Of a DNA stretch of 64,000 nucleotides, positions 9,257-17,991 are shown one piece after another. The translations under genes were made by a program, and so were the position numbers. The DNA is from an uncultured Verrucomicrobiota bacterium (GTDB taxonomy: Bacteria > Verrucomicrobiota > Verrucomicrobiia > Limisphaerales > UBA1412): assembly GCA_964609795.1 (NCBI GenBank), contig CAZSTC010000001.1:17518-81517 (forward strand), read 5' to 3'. Each line of letters starts with the position of its first letter. The first letter of the stretch is position 1. Below the pieces are notes generated by a model, which was not told the DNA's origin, did no database searches, and saw nothing but the letters and a program-made list of their open reading frames with translations.

Positions 9257-10626
9257 ACTGTCTGGGAAAAACGCCTTTGTGAGTCTTTCTTGAGATACAC
9301 GTCAAAGTGCATAACGATATTGCGGATGAAGAGTCGACCTGAGTCGGTTACTTTTACCCCCTCTTCATTGCAAACGAGCAAGCCATCGGATTGCATATTT
9401 TTCAAGGAATCGAGTTCCTCCGAAAAATAGCGGATAAAGTCGATAGCCAGCAGATTACTCATGGCCTTATAGTTCAACTCCAAATCACACATGAGCTTCA
9501 TGATGGTTTTCTGCCGGATTTTATCATCCTCAGAAAGGAGGTATCCCTTCCGCTGGGCAGGTTTTTTCTCATCAAGAAGCGCATAGTATTCTTTTAAATC
9601 TTTCTCATTTTGCCAGTAGACGGAATCGGTCTGGGAAATGGAAGACATACCAAAAGCATAGAGATCGCTTCCCGAATGGGTGCTGTAACCCTGGAAATTT
9701 CGACGGAGAGTTTTATTGCGTTGGGCCAGGGAAAGCTCATCGGTTTCCAGGGCGAAGTGGTCCATTCCTATGTAGGTGTAGCCGCTGTCGGTTAACTTCT
9801 CCACTGTCATCTTGAGGATATCCATTTTGACTTCCGGGGGGAGAGGCGTGAGCGCATTCTGGGCCTTTTTCAACCACGGCACGTGGGCATAATTGAAGAC
9901 GGCAAAACGATTGGGCTTCATCCTCAATATTTCGTCCAATGTTTTCTCAAAACTGGAGGCTGTTTGCAGCGGTAACCCATAGATGAGGTCTACATTGACG
10001 GATTCTATACCGGCAGAATGAACCCACTCCCACGTGCGGAGGTTGAGCTCATGGGGTTGATAGCGGTGGACTGTCTTTTGCACTTCCGGGTTTAAATCCT
10101 GGATACCGATGCTGACACGGTTGACTCCAATTTCCGCAAAAGCCTTGATCTTCGCCTCTGTCGCCGTGCGTGGGTCTACTTCTACGCTGGCTTCATAAGA
10201 TTTTTCAAAGGAGAAAAGTTTATGAATCCAACTGCCGAGCTGGAGAATTTCCGCCGGTTCCGAATATGTTGGAGAGCCTCCTCCAAAATGAAGTTGAACT
10301 ATCTTGCGCTTGGGATTGAGCAAGGGGGTAATCATATCCAGCTCTTTTCGCAGGTACTGGAAGTAGCGGGCACTGCAGGAGCTATTCAACGAAATAACGT
10401 TCGTGCATCCGCAGAACCAGCAAAGGCTTTTGCAAAAGGGTAAATGAAAATAGAGCGATACGGGTACATCGCTTTGAGATGGGGCATTGTTGGCTTCGAT
10501 ATAGGGAACCAACATATCCCACGTGACCTTCTCATCAAAATTCGGTGCTGTCGGATATGAGGTATAGCGCGGTCCCGGGACGTTGTACTTGCGAATTAAA
10601 TCCAGTTGAACTTCTATTTTTGCCAT
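9253..10626 (-). CDS. hemN: Oxygen-independent coproporphyrinogen III oxidase (radical SAM)
   Basis: It has PRYTSYPT, the radical-SAM cluster motif FCKSLCWFCGC and GGGSPT, at 457 aa. Confidence 0.9.
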   Translation of the reverse strand: MAKIEVQLDLIRKYNVPGPRYTSYPTAPNFDEKVTWDMLVPYIEANNAPSQSDVPVSLYFHLPFCKSLCWFCGCTNVISLNSSCSARYFQYLRKELDMITPLLNPKRKIVQLHFGGGSPTYSEPAEILQLGSWIHKLFSFEKSYEASVEVDPRTATEAKIKAFAEIGVNRVSIGIQDLNPEVQKTVHRYQPHELNLRTWEWVHSAGIESVNVDLIYGLPLQTASSFEKTLDEILRMKPNRFAVFNYAHVPWLKKAQNALTPLPPEVKMDILKMTVEKLTDSGYTYIGMDHFALETDELSLAQRNKTLRRNFQGYSTHSGSDLYAFGMSSISQTDSVYWQNEKDLKEYYALLDEKKPAQRKGYLLSEDDKIRQKTIMKLMCDLELNYKAMSNLLAIDFIRYFSEELDSLKNMQSDGLLVCNEEGVKVTDSGRLFIRNIVMHFDVYLKKDSQRRFSQTV

Positions 10627-10632
10627 TCTATT

Positions 10633-11679
10633 TTATAAATATTCCGGTCTTGCGGCGCTGTTATTGAGCTCACTCATTAGCGCTTCAATACATTCCACTT
10701 TGCCGCTGGGGAGCACTCCGTGGCCCAGGTTGAGGATGAAACCATCCATACCGCGCATCTCTTCTAAAAGAGATTTTGTGGCCTGACGAACCTCTTCAGG
10801 ATATTGAGTCAGCAAAACGGGGTCCAGATTTCCCTGAACACAGCGTTGGGGACCGACAGATTTTTTGACCGCTGACAAGGACTGCGTCCAATCTACAGAA
10901 AGAACATGTGCCGGAGTTTGAATGTAGGATTTCCAAGCCTCCCCTTTGGAGTAGACGATCATGGGGCGGTCTTTGCCCAGATTCTCTAAAATCCGCTTGA
11001 TATATTTGCCCGAAAGCTCCCAATAGAGGTCCTGCGGAGCAAGAGCGGAGAGACTGTCAAAAATTTGTGCCGAATCTATTCCTTCAGACCATTGCATGAG
11101 AAGATATTCTGTAACTGAATCTGCCAGAAGGTTCATGAAGGCCTCAAACTCTGCCGGTTTTTCCTGATACCATTGGATAGTCCGCAGCTCTTTGCTTGCA
11201 TCGACATGGCCGCCTTCGGTCATAAAGCAGGCCAAGGTCCAGGGAGACCCACTGAAGCCAATAAGGGCATTCTTGTCGTCAAGCTTATTCCGGACCAGGC
11301 TGAGAGCCTGACGGACATAGCTAAGGCGATCGGTAATATTTTTCCAGTTTAGTCGGGTCCGGAAATCTTCAGGATTCAGTGCAAAATCCATTTCTATTCC
11401 CCCTTGGGAACGGAAGCTGTATCCCTGGCCCAGCGCTTCAGGGATCACCAGAATATCGCTGAAGATAATGGCTACATCAAAATTGAATCGTTGCAGAGGT
11501 TGCAGAGTGACTTCTGCACAAAGCTCAGGCGTACGAACTAAATCCAGGAAGGAGTATTTTTCACGCAAAGCGCGATACTCCGGCAGAACTCTGCCGGCCT
11601 GCCTCATCAGCCATACGGGTGGGCGGTCAACCTTTTCACATCGTAAGGCAGAGAGAAAACGTCTCTTGCCGTTTAGCAT
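10633..11679 (-). CDS. hemE: Uroporphyrinogen decarboxylase
   Basis: It carries the signature PPVWLMRQAGRVLPEYR, at 348 aa. Confidence 0.9.
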   Translation of the reverse strand: MLNGKRRFLSALRCEKVDRPPVWLMRQAGRVLPEYRALREKYSFLDLVRTPELCAEVTLQPLQRFNFDVAIIFSDILVIPEALGQGYSFRSQGGIEMDFALNPEDFRTRLNWKNITDRLSYVRQALSLVRNKLDDKNALIGFSGSPWTLACFMTEGGHVDASKELRTIQWYQEKPAEFEAFMNLLADSVTEYLLMQWSEGIDSAQIFDSLSALAPQDLYWELSGKYIKRILENLGKDRPMIVYSKGEAWKSYIQTPAHVLSVDWTQSLSAVKKSVGPQRCVQGNLDPVLLTQYPEEVRQATKSLLEEMRGMDGFILNLGHGVLPSGKVECIEALMSELNNSAARPEYL

Positions 11680-11710
11680 ACACGATCAGTTTATTTCAAA
11701 ACGTCCTATA

Positions 11711-11750
11711 CGAAAAGCAAAAAGAGAGCATTGAGAGCTCTCCTTTGCTT
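11711..11750 (-). terminator. Probable terminator of the peroxiredoxin gene
   Basis: An imperfect long hairpin has a GAGAGC/GCTCTC core flanked by AAGC..GCTT. Read on the minus strand it ends in GCTTTTCGT. Confidence 0.45.
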
Positions 11751-11835
11751 GTAAAAGGCGGCTGAATTCAACTCCTTTGAGGAGTCAGCGCGCTCAGACG
11801 CCTTTTGTCGTTACTGTACTAAAAAGTAATCTGTC

Positions 11836-12423
11836 TTACTTGGCGGCCTTCCACCTGGCAGGGCAAACCTGGTCCGGGTGCGCTCCCACATAGGCATTGG
11901 CTTCGACTTTGCGAACCAATTCTTTCGCACTGCGGGCCACATTGTAGTAGGAAACCTCACTGGAAACCAATTTGCCGGCCGGGCTGATGATGAAAGTACC
12001 TCTCAAAGCCAAGCCGGTTTCTTCGTCATAAACGCCAAAGATCCTCGACACTTTGCCAGTGGGGTCAGCAGCCATGGTGAACTTGACACCTTCCAGGAGT
12101 TTTTCGGATTGCTGCCAGGAAGACTGTACAAATTTGGTGTCGGTGGAAACAGAGATCACTTCGGCTCCGAGTTTCTGCAAAGCTGCATGATTCTCAGCAA
12201 GTTCTTCAAGCTCCGTGGGGCAGACAGGAGTGTATGCCGCGGGATAGAAGAACAGAACAGTCCATTTACCGGTTTCTTTGAGTTTGCAGGAGGAAACTTT
12301 AGTAAAAGCCACCTCAGCAGGAGACCATGCATCCATCTCAAAACAGGGAACGCTATCACCCACAGTTACCGGGCCGCAGCAACAGCAGCACACTTCTTCA
12401 TCTACATTGTTATTTTTGCTCAT
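11836..12423 (-). CDS. ahpC: Typical 2-Cys peroxiredoxin (AhpC/Prx1 type) with a poly-Cys N-terminus
   Basis: The peroxidatic motif FFYPAAYTPVCPTE and the resolving-Cys motif VCPARW are present. The N-terminus reads MSKNNNVDEEVCCCCCGP. Confidence 0.85.
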   Translation of the reverse strand: MSKNNNVDEEVCCCCCGPVTVGDSVPCFEMDAWSPAEVAFTKVSSCKLKETGKWTVLFFYPAAYTPVCPTELEELAENHAALQKLGAEVISVSTDTKFVQSSWQQSEKLLEGVKFTMAADPTGKVSRIFGVYDEETGLALRGTFIISPAGKLVSSEVSYYNVARSAKELVRKVEANAYVGAHPDQVCPARWKAAK

Positions 12424-12453
12424 AATTAACTACCAGGAAGGGGTGTAATCCCC

Positions 12454-12494
12454 TATTGTAGTCGAAACAATAGCATCAAAGGAGTTTTTGTCAA
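12454..12494 (-). promoter_or_regulatory. Putative sigma70-type promoter of the peroxiredoxin gene with an overlapping inverted repeat
   Basis: On the minus strand, TTGACA (12494-12489), a 16-nt spacer and TATTGT (12472-12467) form the promoter. The inverted repeat TATTGT-N7-ACAATA (12454-12472) covers the -10. Confidence 0.5.
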
Positions 12495-12614
12495 ATGAGG
12501 GGGAGAAGAGCAGGGAGGGAGTGTTTTTGATTCTCATTCAATGGATTGAACCAGTAAGGAGGAGAGGAGAGGGATGATCGTCATGAAATATTTTCAAAAA
12601 AGTAACGAATTAAA

Positions 12615-12643
12615 TTGACCGGAGTGCTGCACCTCTGTATTCT
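12615..12643 (+). promoter_or_regulatory. Putative promoter upstream of tRNA-Thr/tuf
   Basis: TTGACC, a 17-nt spacer and TATTCT. This is a hexamer match only and would give a ~200-nt leader. Confidence 0.35.
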
Positions 12644-12692
12644 GCCCGCACTGACGCGCAGGATGCTCAGGGACATAACGAGAGGGATTCGG

Positions 12693-12713
12693 GTGTCAAA
12701 TTAATTTTGACAC
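12693..12713. promoter_or_regulatory. Perfect 8-bp inverted repeat (operator or leader hairpin)
   Basis: GTGTCAAA-N5-TTTGACAC. Confidence 0.4.
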
Positions 12714-12857
12714 GACGGGCGTTTTCGTTTGGAACGCGCCGATGGAGCTTGTGTTTGATTATTTAAGCCGCTCTTTTCAAAGCAGATGGGTGGTTTATTA
12801 GTTGTCGCTATCTATCGTTGTCCTTTAGCTCACTGAATGCAATTTTTTGGTGTTTGA

Positions 12858-12933
12858 GCCCACATAGCTCAGTTGGTAGAGCACATCCTTGGTAAGGATG
12901 AGGTCACCAGTTCAAGCCTGGTTGTGGGCTCCA
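12858..12933 (+). tRNA. tRNA-Thr (anticodon GGT)
   Basis: The cloverleaf is perfect: acceptor GCCCACA/TGTGGGC, D stem GCTC/GAGC, anticodon stem CATCC/GGATG with loop TTGGTAA, T arm ACCAG-TTCAAGC-CTGGT, and an encoded CCA. Confidence 0.95.
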
Positions 12934-13015
12934 TTTAAAGTAGATTGCACTCTGCGAGACGGGGCAACGGAGCGTTTGGTTAGTTTTATTAACAATAGCA
13001 AGAATAGGAATTGCA

Positions 13016-14206
13016 ATGGGAAAAGAGACGTTTCAACGTACTAAGCCCCACGTAAATGTGGGAACCATCGGCCATGTGGATCATGGCAAGTCAACCTTGA
13101 CGGCAGCCATCGTCATGGAACAGGCCCGCAAAGGATTGGCCAAAGAGGTCAGCTATGCGGAAATCACAAAGGGTGGCACGGTCCGTGATGAAACAAAGAC
13201 CGTCACGATCGCCATCTCTCACGTAGAGTATGAGTCAGAGAAGCGCCATTATGCGCACGTAGACTGTCCGGGTCACGCTGACTACATCAAGAACATGATC
13301 ACCGGCGCCGCTCAGATGGATGGTGCCATTCTGGTGGTGAGCGCTGCTGACGGCCCTATGCCTCAGACTCGTGAGCACATTTTGCTTGCTCGTCAGGTGG
13401 GTGTGCCTTCAATTGTGGTCTTCTTGAACAAGATCGACCTGGTGGATGATCCTGAACTTCTGGATCTGGTCGAGATGGAAATTCGCGACCTGCTCACCAA
13501 GTATGGTTTTCCTGGTGATGATGTCCCCATCGTTCGCGGTTCTTCTGCCGCAGCTCAGGCGGGTACTCCCGAAGGTGTAAAGGCCATTGATGATCTTTTG
13601 GCCGCTCTGGACAGCTACATCCCCGAGCCGATGCGCGAAGTGGATAAGCCTTTCCTGATGTCCCTGGAAGACGTTTTCAATATTGAAGGTCGTGGAACGG
13701 TCGTAACCGGTCGCGTAGAGCGCGGTGTTATGAAGCGTATGACCGATGTTGAAATCGTTGGATTGCGCCCGACTCGCAAGACAGTCGTCACTGACATTGA
13801 GATGTTCCGCAAATTGCTGGACGAGGCTCAGGCCGGTGATAACGTGGGCGTGCTTCTCCGCGGTGTGAAGAAGGATGAAGTTGAGCGTGGTATGGTTCTG
13901 GCTAAGCCGGGTTCCATTACTCCGCACACGAAGTTCAAGGCCGAGCTGTACATCCTCTCTCGTGAGGAAGGCGGCCGCCACACTCCGTTTGTGAACAACT
14001 ATCGTCCTCAGTTCTATTTCCGCACGACGGACGTGACGGGTGCCATTAAACTTCCTGAGGGAGTTGAAATGGTAATGCCTGGCGACAATGTCAGTATCAG
14101 TGTAGAACTGATCGCTGCGGTCGCGATGGAAAAAGGACAGCGTTTCGCTATCCGCGAAGGCGGCAGGACCGTTGGTGCCGGTCGTATCAGCGACGTTTTA
14201 GAATAA
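13016..14206 (+). CDS. tuf: Elongation factor Tu
   Basis: [31 protein letters not shown] and NKIDL are present, at 396 aa. Confidence 0.97.
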   Translation: MGKETFQRTKPHVNVGTIGHVDHGKSTLTAAIVMEQARKGLAKEVSYAEITKGGTVRDETKTVTIAISHVEYESEKRHYAHVDCPGHADYIKNMITGAAQMDGAILVVSAADGPMPQTREHILLARQVGVPSIVVFLNKIDLVDDPELLDLVEMEIRDLLTKYGFPGDDVPIVRGSSAAAQAGTPEGVKAIDDLLAALDSYIPEPMREVDKPFLMSLEDVFNIEGRGTVVTGRVERGVMKRMTDVEIVGLRPTRKTVVTDIEMFRKLLDEAQAGDNVGVLLRGVKKDEVERGMVLAKPGSITPHTKFKAELYILSREEGGRHTPFVNNYRPQFYFRTTDVTGAIKLPEGVEMVMPGDNVSISVELIAAVAMEKGQRFAIREGGRTVGAGRISDVLE

Positions 14207-14241
14207 ACGTCTTGCGTAATAAAGTTTGATCATTTACAGTT

Positions 14242-14283
14242 GGAGCGAGGTCGCCTCGCGCTCTCGCTCCGATCGTTTTGTTT
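14242..14283 (+). terminator. Hairpin plus T-rich tract after tuf (terminator or attenuator)
   Basis: The 8-bp stem GGAGCGAG...CTCGCTCC is followed by GATCGTTTTGTTT. Confidence 0.5.
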
Positions 14284-14310
14284 AGGATCACCTGATCCAA
14301 GCTTAGGCAT

Positions 14311-14386
14311 AGGGCAGTAGCTCAATTGGTAGAGTAGCGGTCTCCAAAACCGTCGGTTGCGGGTTCGAGTCCCTCCTGCCCTGCCA
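14311..14386 (+). tRNA. tRNA-Trp (anticodon CCA)
   Basis: Acceptor AGGGCAG/CTGCCCT, anticodon loop CTCCAAA, T loop TTCGAGT and an encoded CCA. This is the conserved position before secE. Confidence 0.9.
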
Positions 14387-14398
14387 AAGCTCAGAGAG

Positions 14399-14487
14399 GG
14401 AGGGGTGGCAGAGTGGTCTATCGCGGCGGTCTTGAAAACCGCTAAGGCTAAACACCTTCGAGGGTTCGAATCCCTCCCCCTCCGCCA
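14399..14487 (+). tRNA. tRNA-Ser (anticodon TGA)
   Basis: Acceptor GGAGGGG/CCCCTCC, anticodon stem GCGGT/ACCGC with loop CTTGAAA, long variable arm AAGG..CCTT, T arm GAGGG-TTCGAAT-CCCTC and CCA, at 89 nt. Confidence 0.9.
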
Positions 14488-14505
14488 AGGTGTTGAGAGG
14501 ATGTT

Positions 14506-14781
14506 GTGGAAGGTAATAAAGAGTTAATTAAACTGGCTATTTGGACGGTCGTCATAGGCGGCCTTTTTGCGTTTGCATGGTGGAGAGGTTGGATCAAGAG
14601 GATTTCAACCTATGCCGAAGAAACCCGTGAGGAGTTACGCAAATGCACGTGGCCAAGTAAGAACGAGCTGAAGGGCTCCACAGTCGTTATAATAATAGCG
14701 TCACTGGTTCTGGGTTTTATGATCGTAGCTGCCGATTTTTTGATTACGCTGGCAGTTACCAGATTTATGATGATACTCTAA
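14506..14781 (+). CDS. secE: Preprotein translocase subunit SecE
   Basis: It sits immediately before nusG. EETREELRKCTWPSKNEL is followed by the TM VVIIIASLVLGFMIVAADFLI. GTG start. Confidence 0.8.
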   Translation: MEGNKELIKLAIWTVVIGGLFAFAWWRGWIKRISTYAEETREELRKCTWPSKNELKGSTVVIIIASLVLGFMIVAADFLITLAVTRFMMIL

Positions 14782-14804
14782 GGCTGAAGGGCAGGCTTTA
14801 ATAT

Positions 14805-15359
14805 ATGAAGAGATACCAATGGTATGTCATACATACACTTTCTGGACAGGAAATGAAGGTCAAGGAAGGTATAGAGCGAAGACTGACTCTCCAGGAAGGC
14901 GTTAAGGAGTACATCAAGGAAGTTCTTGTCCCGGTAGAGAAGGTAGTGGAGGTGCGCGGCGGCAAAAAGAGCGTAACCAACAGGAAGCTCTATCCCGGGT
15001 ATGTCTTCATTAACGTTGCTCTCTACGGCGAGGACAGGAGGCTCAATGAAGTTCCCTGGTATTTTGTACAGGAAACGCAGGGAGCCATTGGCTTTGTGGG
15101 CGGCGAGCGGCCCATGCCCACTTCCGATACGGAGGTGGAGGATATCAAGGCTCGCATTAGAGATTCGGAAGATACAGAGAAGCCCAGGATCAATTTTACT
15201 GTGGGCGAAACTGTTAAGATTAATGATGGTCCCTTCTTAAACTTCAGTGGATTGATTGAAGAGATAGATCCTGAAAGGGGCAAACTGAAAGTGACGGTCA
15301 GTATTTTCGGTCGGAATACGCCCGTGGAGCTTGAGTACTGGCAAGTGGAAAAGACTTAA
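14805..15359 (+). CDS. nusG: Transcription termination/antitermination factor NusG
   Basis: The N-terminal domain begins KRYQWYVIHTLSGQE. The C-terminal KOW region has GETVKINDGPF. Confidence 0.93.
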   Translation: MKRYQWYVIHTLSGQEMKVKEGIERRLTLQEGVKEYIKEVLVPVEKVVEVRGGKKSVTNRKLYPGYVFINVALYGEDRRLNEVPWYFVQETQGAIGFVGGERPMPTSDTEVEDIKARIRDSEDTEKPRINFTVGETVKINDGPFLNFSGLIEEIDPERGKLKVTVSIFGRNTPVELEYWQVEKT

Positions 15360-15422
15360 AGTGGGGGTTCTACCTCTCTTATTAATATTCCCAAATAAAA
15401 AAAGAATTTTTACTAGAAGATT

Positions 15423-15848
15423 ATGGCAAAAAAGGTTGTCGGTCAGATTAAATTACAAATACCCGGTGGTCAGGCGAATCCTGCACCCCCGGTTGGCCCA
15501 GCGTTAGGTCAGCATGGCGTAAACATCATGGGATTCTGCAAGGAGTTCAATGCTGCCACGAAAGATCAACCAGGAATGATTATTCCTGTGATCATCACCG
15601 TATTCCAGGATAAGTCTTTCAAGTTCATCCTGAAATCTCCTCCGGCTGCGGCGCTTTTAAAGAAAGCCGCTGGCGTAGCCAGTGGGTCTAAGACCCCCAG
15701 TACCGAAAAGGTGGGGAAGGTTACCCGGAAGCAGGTGTTGGAAATAGCCAAGCTCAAAGTTAAAGATTTAAATGTCAATAGTGAAGAGGCGGCTGTCCGA
15801 GTGATTTCGGGCACGGCTCGGAGCATGGGCATTGAAGTAGTGGGCTAG
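15423..15848 (+). CDS. rplK: 50S ribosomal protein L11
   Basis: [36 protein letters not shown]. Confidence 0.97.
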   Translation: MAKKVVGQIKLQIPGGQANPAPPVGPALGQHGVNIMGFCKEFNAATKDQPGMIIPVIITVFQDKSFKFILKSPPAAALLKKAAGVASGSKTPSTEKVGKVTRKQVLEIAKLKVKDLNVNSEEAAVRVISGTARSMGIEVVG

Positions 15849-15908
15849 TTCACTAGCCCTAACCAAAAATGCGGGAGGATCGAATACATCCGCGGACCGC
15901 AAAATAAA

Positions 15909-16619
15909 ATGCAAAGAAAAAGTGGTAAACGTTATCTGAAGGCTATCGGGATGCTAACTCCCGAGGCGAAGTATCCTTTGAACAAAGCCGTAGAGGTGCT
16001 GCAATCGATGCCCCGGGCCAAGTTCGATGAAACTGTGGAAATATCATTCCATCTTGGAGTAGACCCCAAACAGTCCGACCAGATGGTTCGTGGTACCGTG
16101 TCCCTGCCTCATGGTAGTGGACGCAAAATCCGGGTGGCTGTCTTCACCAAAGCGGGTCCTTCTTTTGACGCCGCTGTGGCTGCCGGGGCCGAAAATGTCG
16201 GTTATGAAGATTTAATTGCAAAATGCACAGGTGGCTGGGTTGATTTTGACGTCGCTATCGCAACGCCCGAGGCTATGGCAGAGGTCCGTAAGCTCGGTAA
16301 AGTACTGGGTCCTCGCGGCCTCATGCCCAACCCCAAGACGGGTACTGTCACCGATGATACTGGAAAAGCTGTTAAGGAGTTTAAAGCCGGACGTGTTGAG
16401 TACAAAGTAGATAAAACATCCAACCTGAGTTTGCCGGTTGGAAAGGTTTCCTTTAGCGCAGAGCAGATTCTGGATAATACCAAGACTGCGATTAACGCTA
16501 TTGAGAAAGCACGTCCCTCCAGCGTAAAGGGAACTTACATACGTAGTATTACGCTTTCTGCGACGATGAGCCCTGGTGTGCATGTTGCCCTGAAGAGTGG
16601 TACTGCAGCAATTGAATAA
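15909..16619 (+). CDS. rplA: 50S ribosomal protein L1
   Basis: KRYLKA...[24 protein letters not shown], in operon position after rplK. Confidence 0.95.
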   Translation: MQRKSGKRYLKAIGMLTPEAKYPLNKAVEVLQSMPRAKFDETVEISFHLGVDPKQSDQMVRGTVSLPHGSGRKIRVAVFTKAGPSFDAAVAAGAENVGYEDLIAKCTGGWVDFDVAIATPEAMAEVRKLGKVLGPRGLMPNPKTGTVTDDTGKAVKEFKAGRVEYKVDKTSNLSLPVGKVSFSAEQILDNTKTAINAIEKARPSSVKGTYIRSITLSATMSPGVHVALKSGTAAIE

Positions 16620-16636
16620 CCTGAATTTCTCTGGAT

Positions 16637-17182
16637 ATGAATACAATACAAAAAGGTGCAAATAAACTGAATAAAATCAAAGTTGCAATGGGGCAGGAGT
16701 ATGCTCTCCGCCTTAGCAACTCCCCGTTTTTTCTGTTGATAGATTATAAAGGGGTAACGGTTGCACAGTTTACGGATTTGCGCAAGCGCCTGATGGATGT
16801 CGGGGCAGAGGCTCATGTAGTCAAAACCTCTGTTTTTCGCACAGTTGCCGATGTCGCCGGCTTAAAAGATGTCGGCGTGGGGCTGACAGGCCAGATGGCA
16901 GTGATCACTGGACAGAAGGATGTCGCGGCAACCGCCAAGGTTGTAAAGACTTTTAATAAAGAAACCCAGAAAGGTGCTCTTTGTTACGGATATATTGATG
17001 GCGAGCGTACGGAAGCGGCTACCTTGAATCTGTTGGCTGACTTGCCGCCGCTCAACGAGTTGCGTGCGAAGTTGCTGGGAACTATTATGGCTCCTGCGAC
17101 CAAGTTGGTGGGTACACTGGCTGCACCGATGCAGCAGTTGGCCCGTGTTATTCAGGCTCACGCAGATAAGGAGTCTAACTAG
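16637..17182 (+). CDS. rplJ: 50S ribosomal protein L10
   Basis: LIDYKGVTVAQFTDLRKRL, preceding rplL. Confidence 0.9.
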   Translation: MNTIQKGANKLNKIKVAMGQEYALRLSNSPFFLLIDYKGVTVAQFTDLRKRLMDVGAEAHVVKTSVFRTVADVAGLKDVGVGLTGQMAVITGQKDVAATAKVVKTFNKETQKGALCYGYIDGERTEAATLNLLADLPPLNELRAKLLGTIMAPATKLVGTLAAPMQQLARVIQAHADKESN

Positions 17183-17296
17183 GAATTATTTTTCTGGCCC
17201 TTTTCAGCCGAAAGGGGCGGAGAGAAGCAAAGGTGTCGGACGAGGTGCGCTTGACTAATTCCCTGACGCTTCGGGGACGACGCCGGAAAGATAAAA

Positions 17297-17671
17297 ATGG
17301 CTGATATTAAAACATTAGTTGAAGAATTGGGCAAGCTGACGGTGATCGAAGCCGCCGAGCTGGTGAAGAGTCTTGAAGAAGCTTGGGGCGTTTCTGCCGC
17401 AGCTCCTGTTGCCGTAGCCGCCGTCGCTGGCGCTGCAGCTCCTGTGGAAGAAAAGACTGCGTTTGACGTAGTGATCGCTTCCATCGATGCAGCAAAGAAG
17501 ATTGCTGTGATTAAGGCTGTCCGCGAAGTGAAGGCCGGTTTGGGTTTGGCTGAAGCCAAGAAGTTGGTTGAGGAAGCTCCTAAGGCTGTTCTGGAAGGTG
17601 TGACCAAGGACGAAGCCACTGCCGCTCAGAAGAAGCTCGAAGAAGCTGGCGCTAAAGTCGAAATTAAGTAA
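17297..17671 (+). CDS. rplL: 50S ribosomal protein L7/L12
   Basis: It has an Ala-rich hinge, and the C-terminal domain has [38 protein letters not shown]. Confidence 0.97.
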   Translation: MADIKTLVEELGKLTVIEAAELVKSLEEAWGVSAAAPVAVAAVAGAAAPVEEKTAFDVVIASIDAAKKIAVIKAVREVKAGLGLAEAKKLVEEAPKAVLEGVTKDEATAAQKKLEEAGAKVEIK

Positions 17672-17713
17672 CTTGCCCGCAAGGAACTCCTTCTGTTGGA
17701 GTTTATATGCACG

Positions 17714-17747
17714 GGGACAGGAAATATATGGTCCTGTCCCTGCTTTT
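17714..17747 (+). terminator. rplL-rpoB intergenic attenuator/terminator
   Basis: The 9-bp stem GGGACAGGA/TCCTGTCCC is followed by TGCTTTTA. It is analogous in position to the known E. coli rplL-rpoB attenuator. Confidence 0.6.
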
Positions 17748-17781
17748 ACGAAAGGATTCTTCTCCTTCTGTTAAAAAAAAC

Positions 17782-17810
17782 TTGCATTCTTTCAGAAAAG
17801 TTTGCAAAAT
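17782..17810 (+). promoter_or_regulatory. Putative internal promoter for rpoBC
   Basis: TTGCAT, a 17-nt spacer and CAAAAT, preceded by an A8 tract (UP-like). It lies ~180 nt upstream of the rpoB ATG. Confidence 0.4.
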
Positions 17811-17991
17811 CGATCGGGGTCTGGGCTCTCGGGGGTGAGTAGCCAGTAGTTGTGTGTCGTTTTATATCAGGAACATACTCCCGAAACTAGTTTGTTGGAA
17901 CGTTGGCACTCTCTTTTTTGGAGGTCTGGAGTGTCTTCGTCTTTATTTTCATTAAATAGATCTTCATAAACCTTCACAGAGAGGCTGTTAG

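Noticed and set aside
11878-12429. A 183-aa plus-strand ORF covering the peroxiredoxin locus.
   Set aside because: The minus-strand frame carries the full Prx catalytic motifs, so the plus-strand ORF is its mirror image.
13070-13100. The EF-Tu P-loop reads GHVDHGKST rather than the usual GKTT.
   Set aside because: Ser is an allowed P-loop residue (GK[ST]) and the rest of EF-Tu is canonical. It is probably neutral lineage variation and does not merit a finding.
13409-13981. A 190-aa antisense ORF within tuf.
   Set aside because: The EF-Tu frame is certain. The antisense product has no recognisable features.
14399-14487. The possibility that the long-variable-arm tRNA is tRNA-Sec.
   Set aside because: The anticodon loop CTTGAAA gives anticodon TGA, which reads the Ser codon UCA, not TCA. 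The acceptor and T-arm geometry is that of an ordinary class II tRNA-Ser.
12858-14487. tRNA-linked integration (a genomic island) at tRNA-Thr, tRNA-Trp or tRNA-Ser.
   Set aside because: No integrase is present, I could find no duplicated tRNA 3' ends as direct repeats, and the flanking genes are the conserved tuf/secE/nusG neighbours.
14303-14488. A 61-aa minus-strand ORF between tuf and secE.
   Set aside because: The region is fully explained by two well-folded tRNA genes (Trp-CCA and Ser-TGA).
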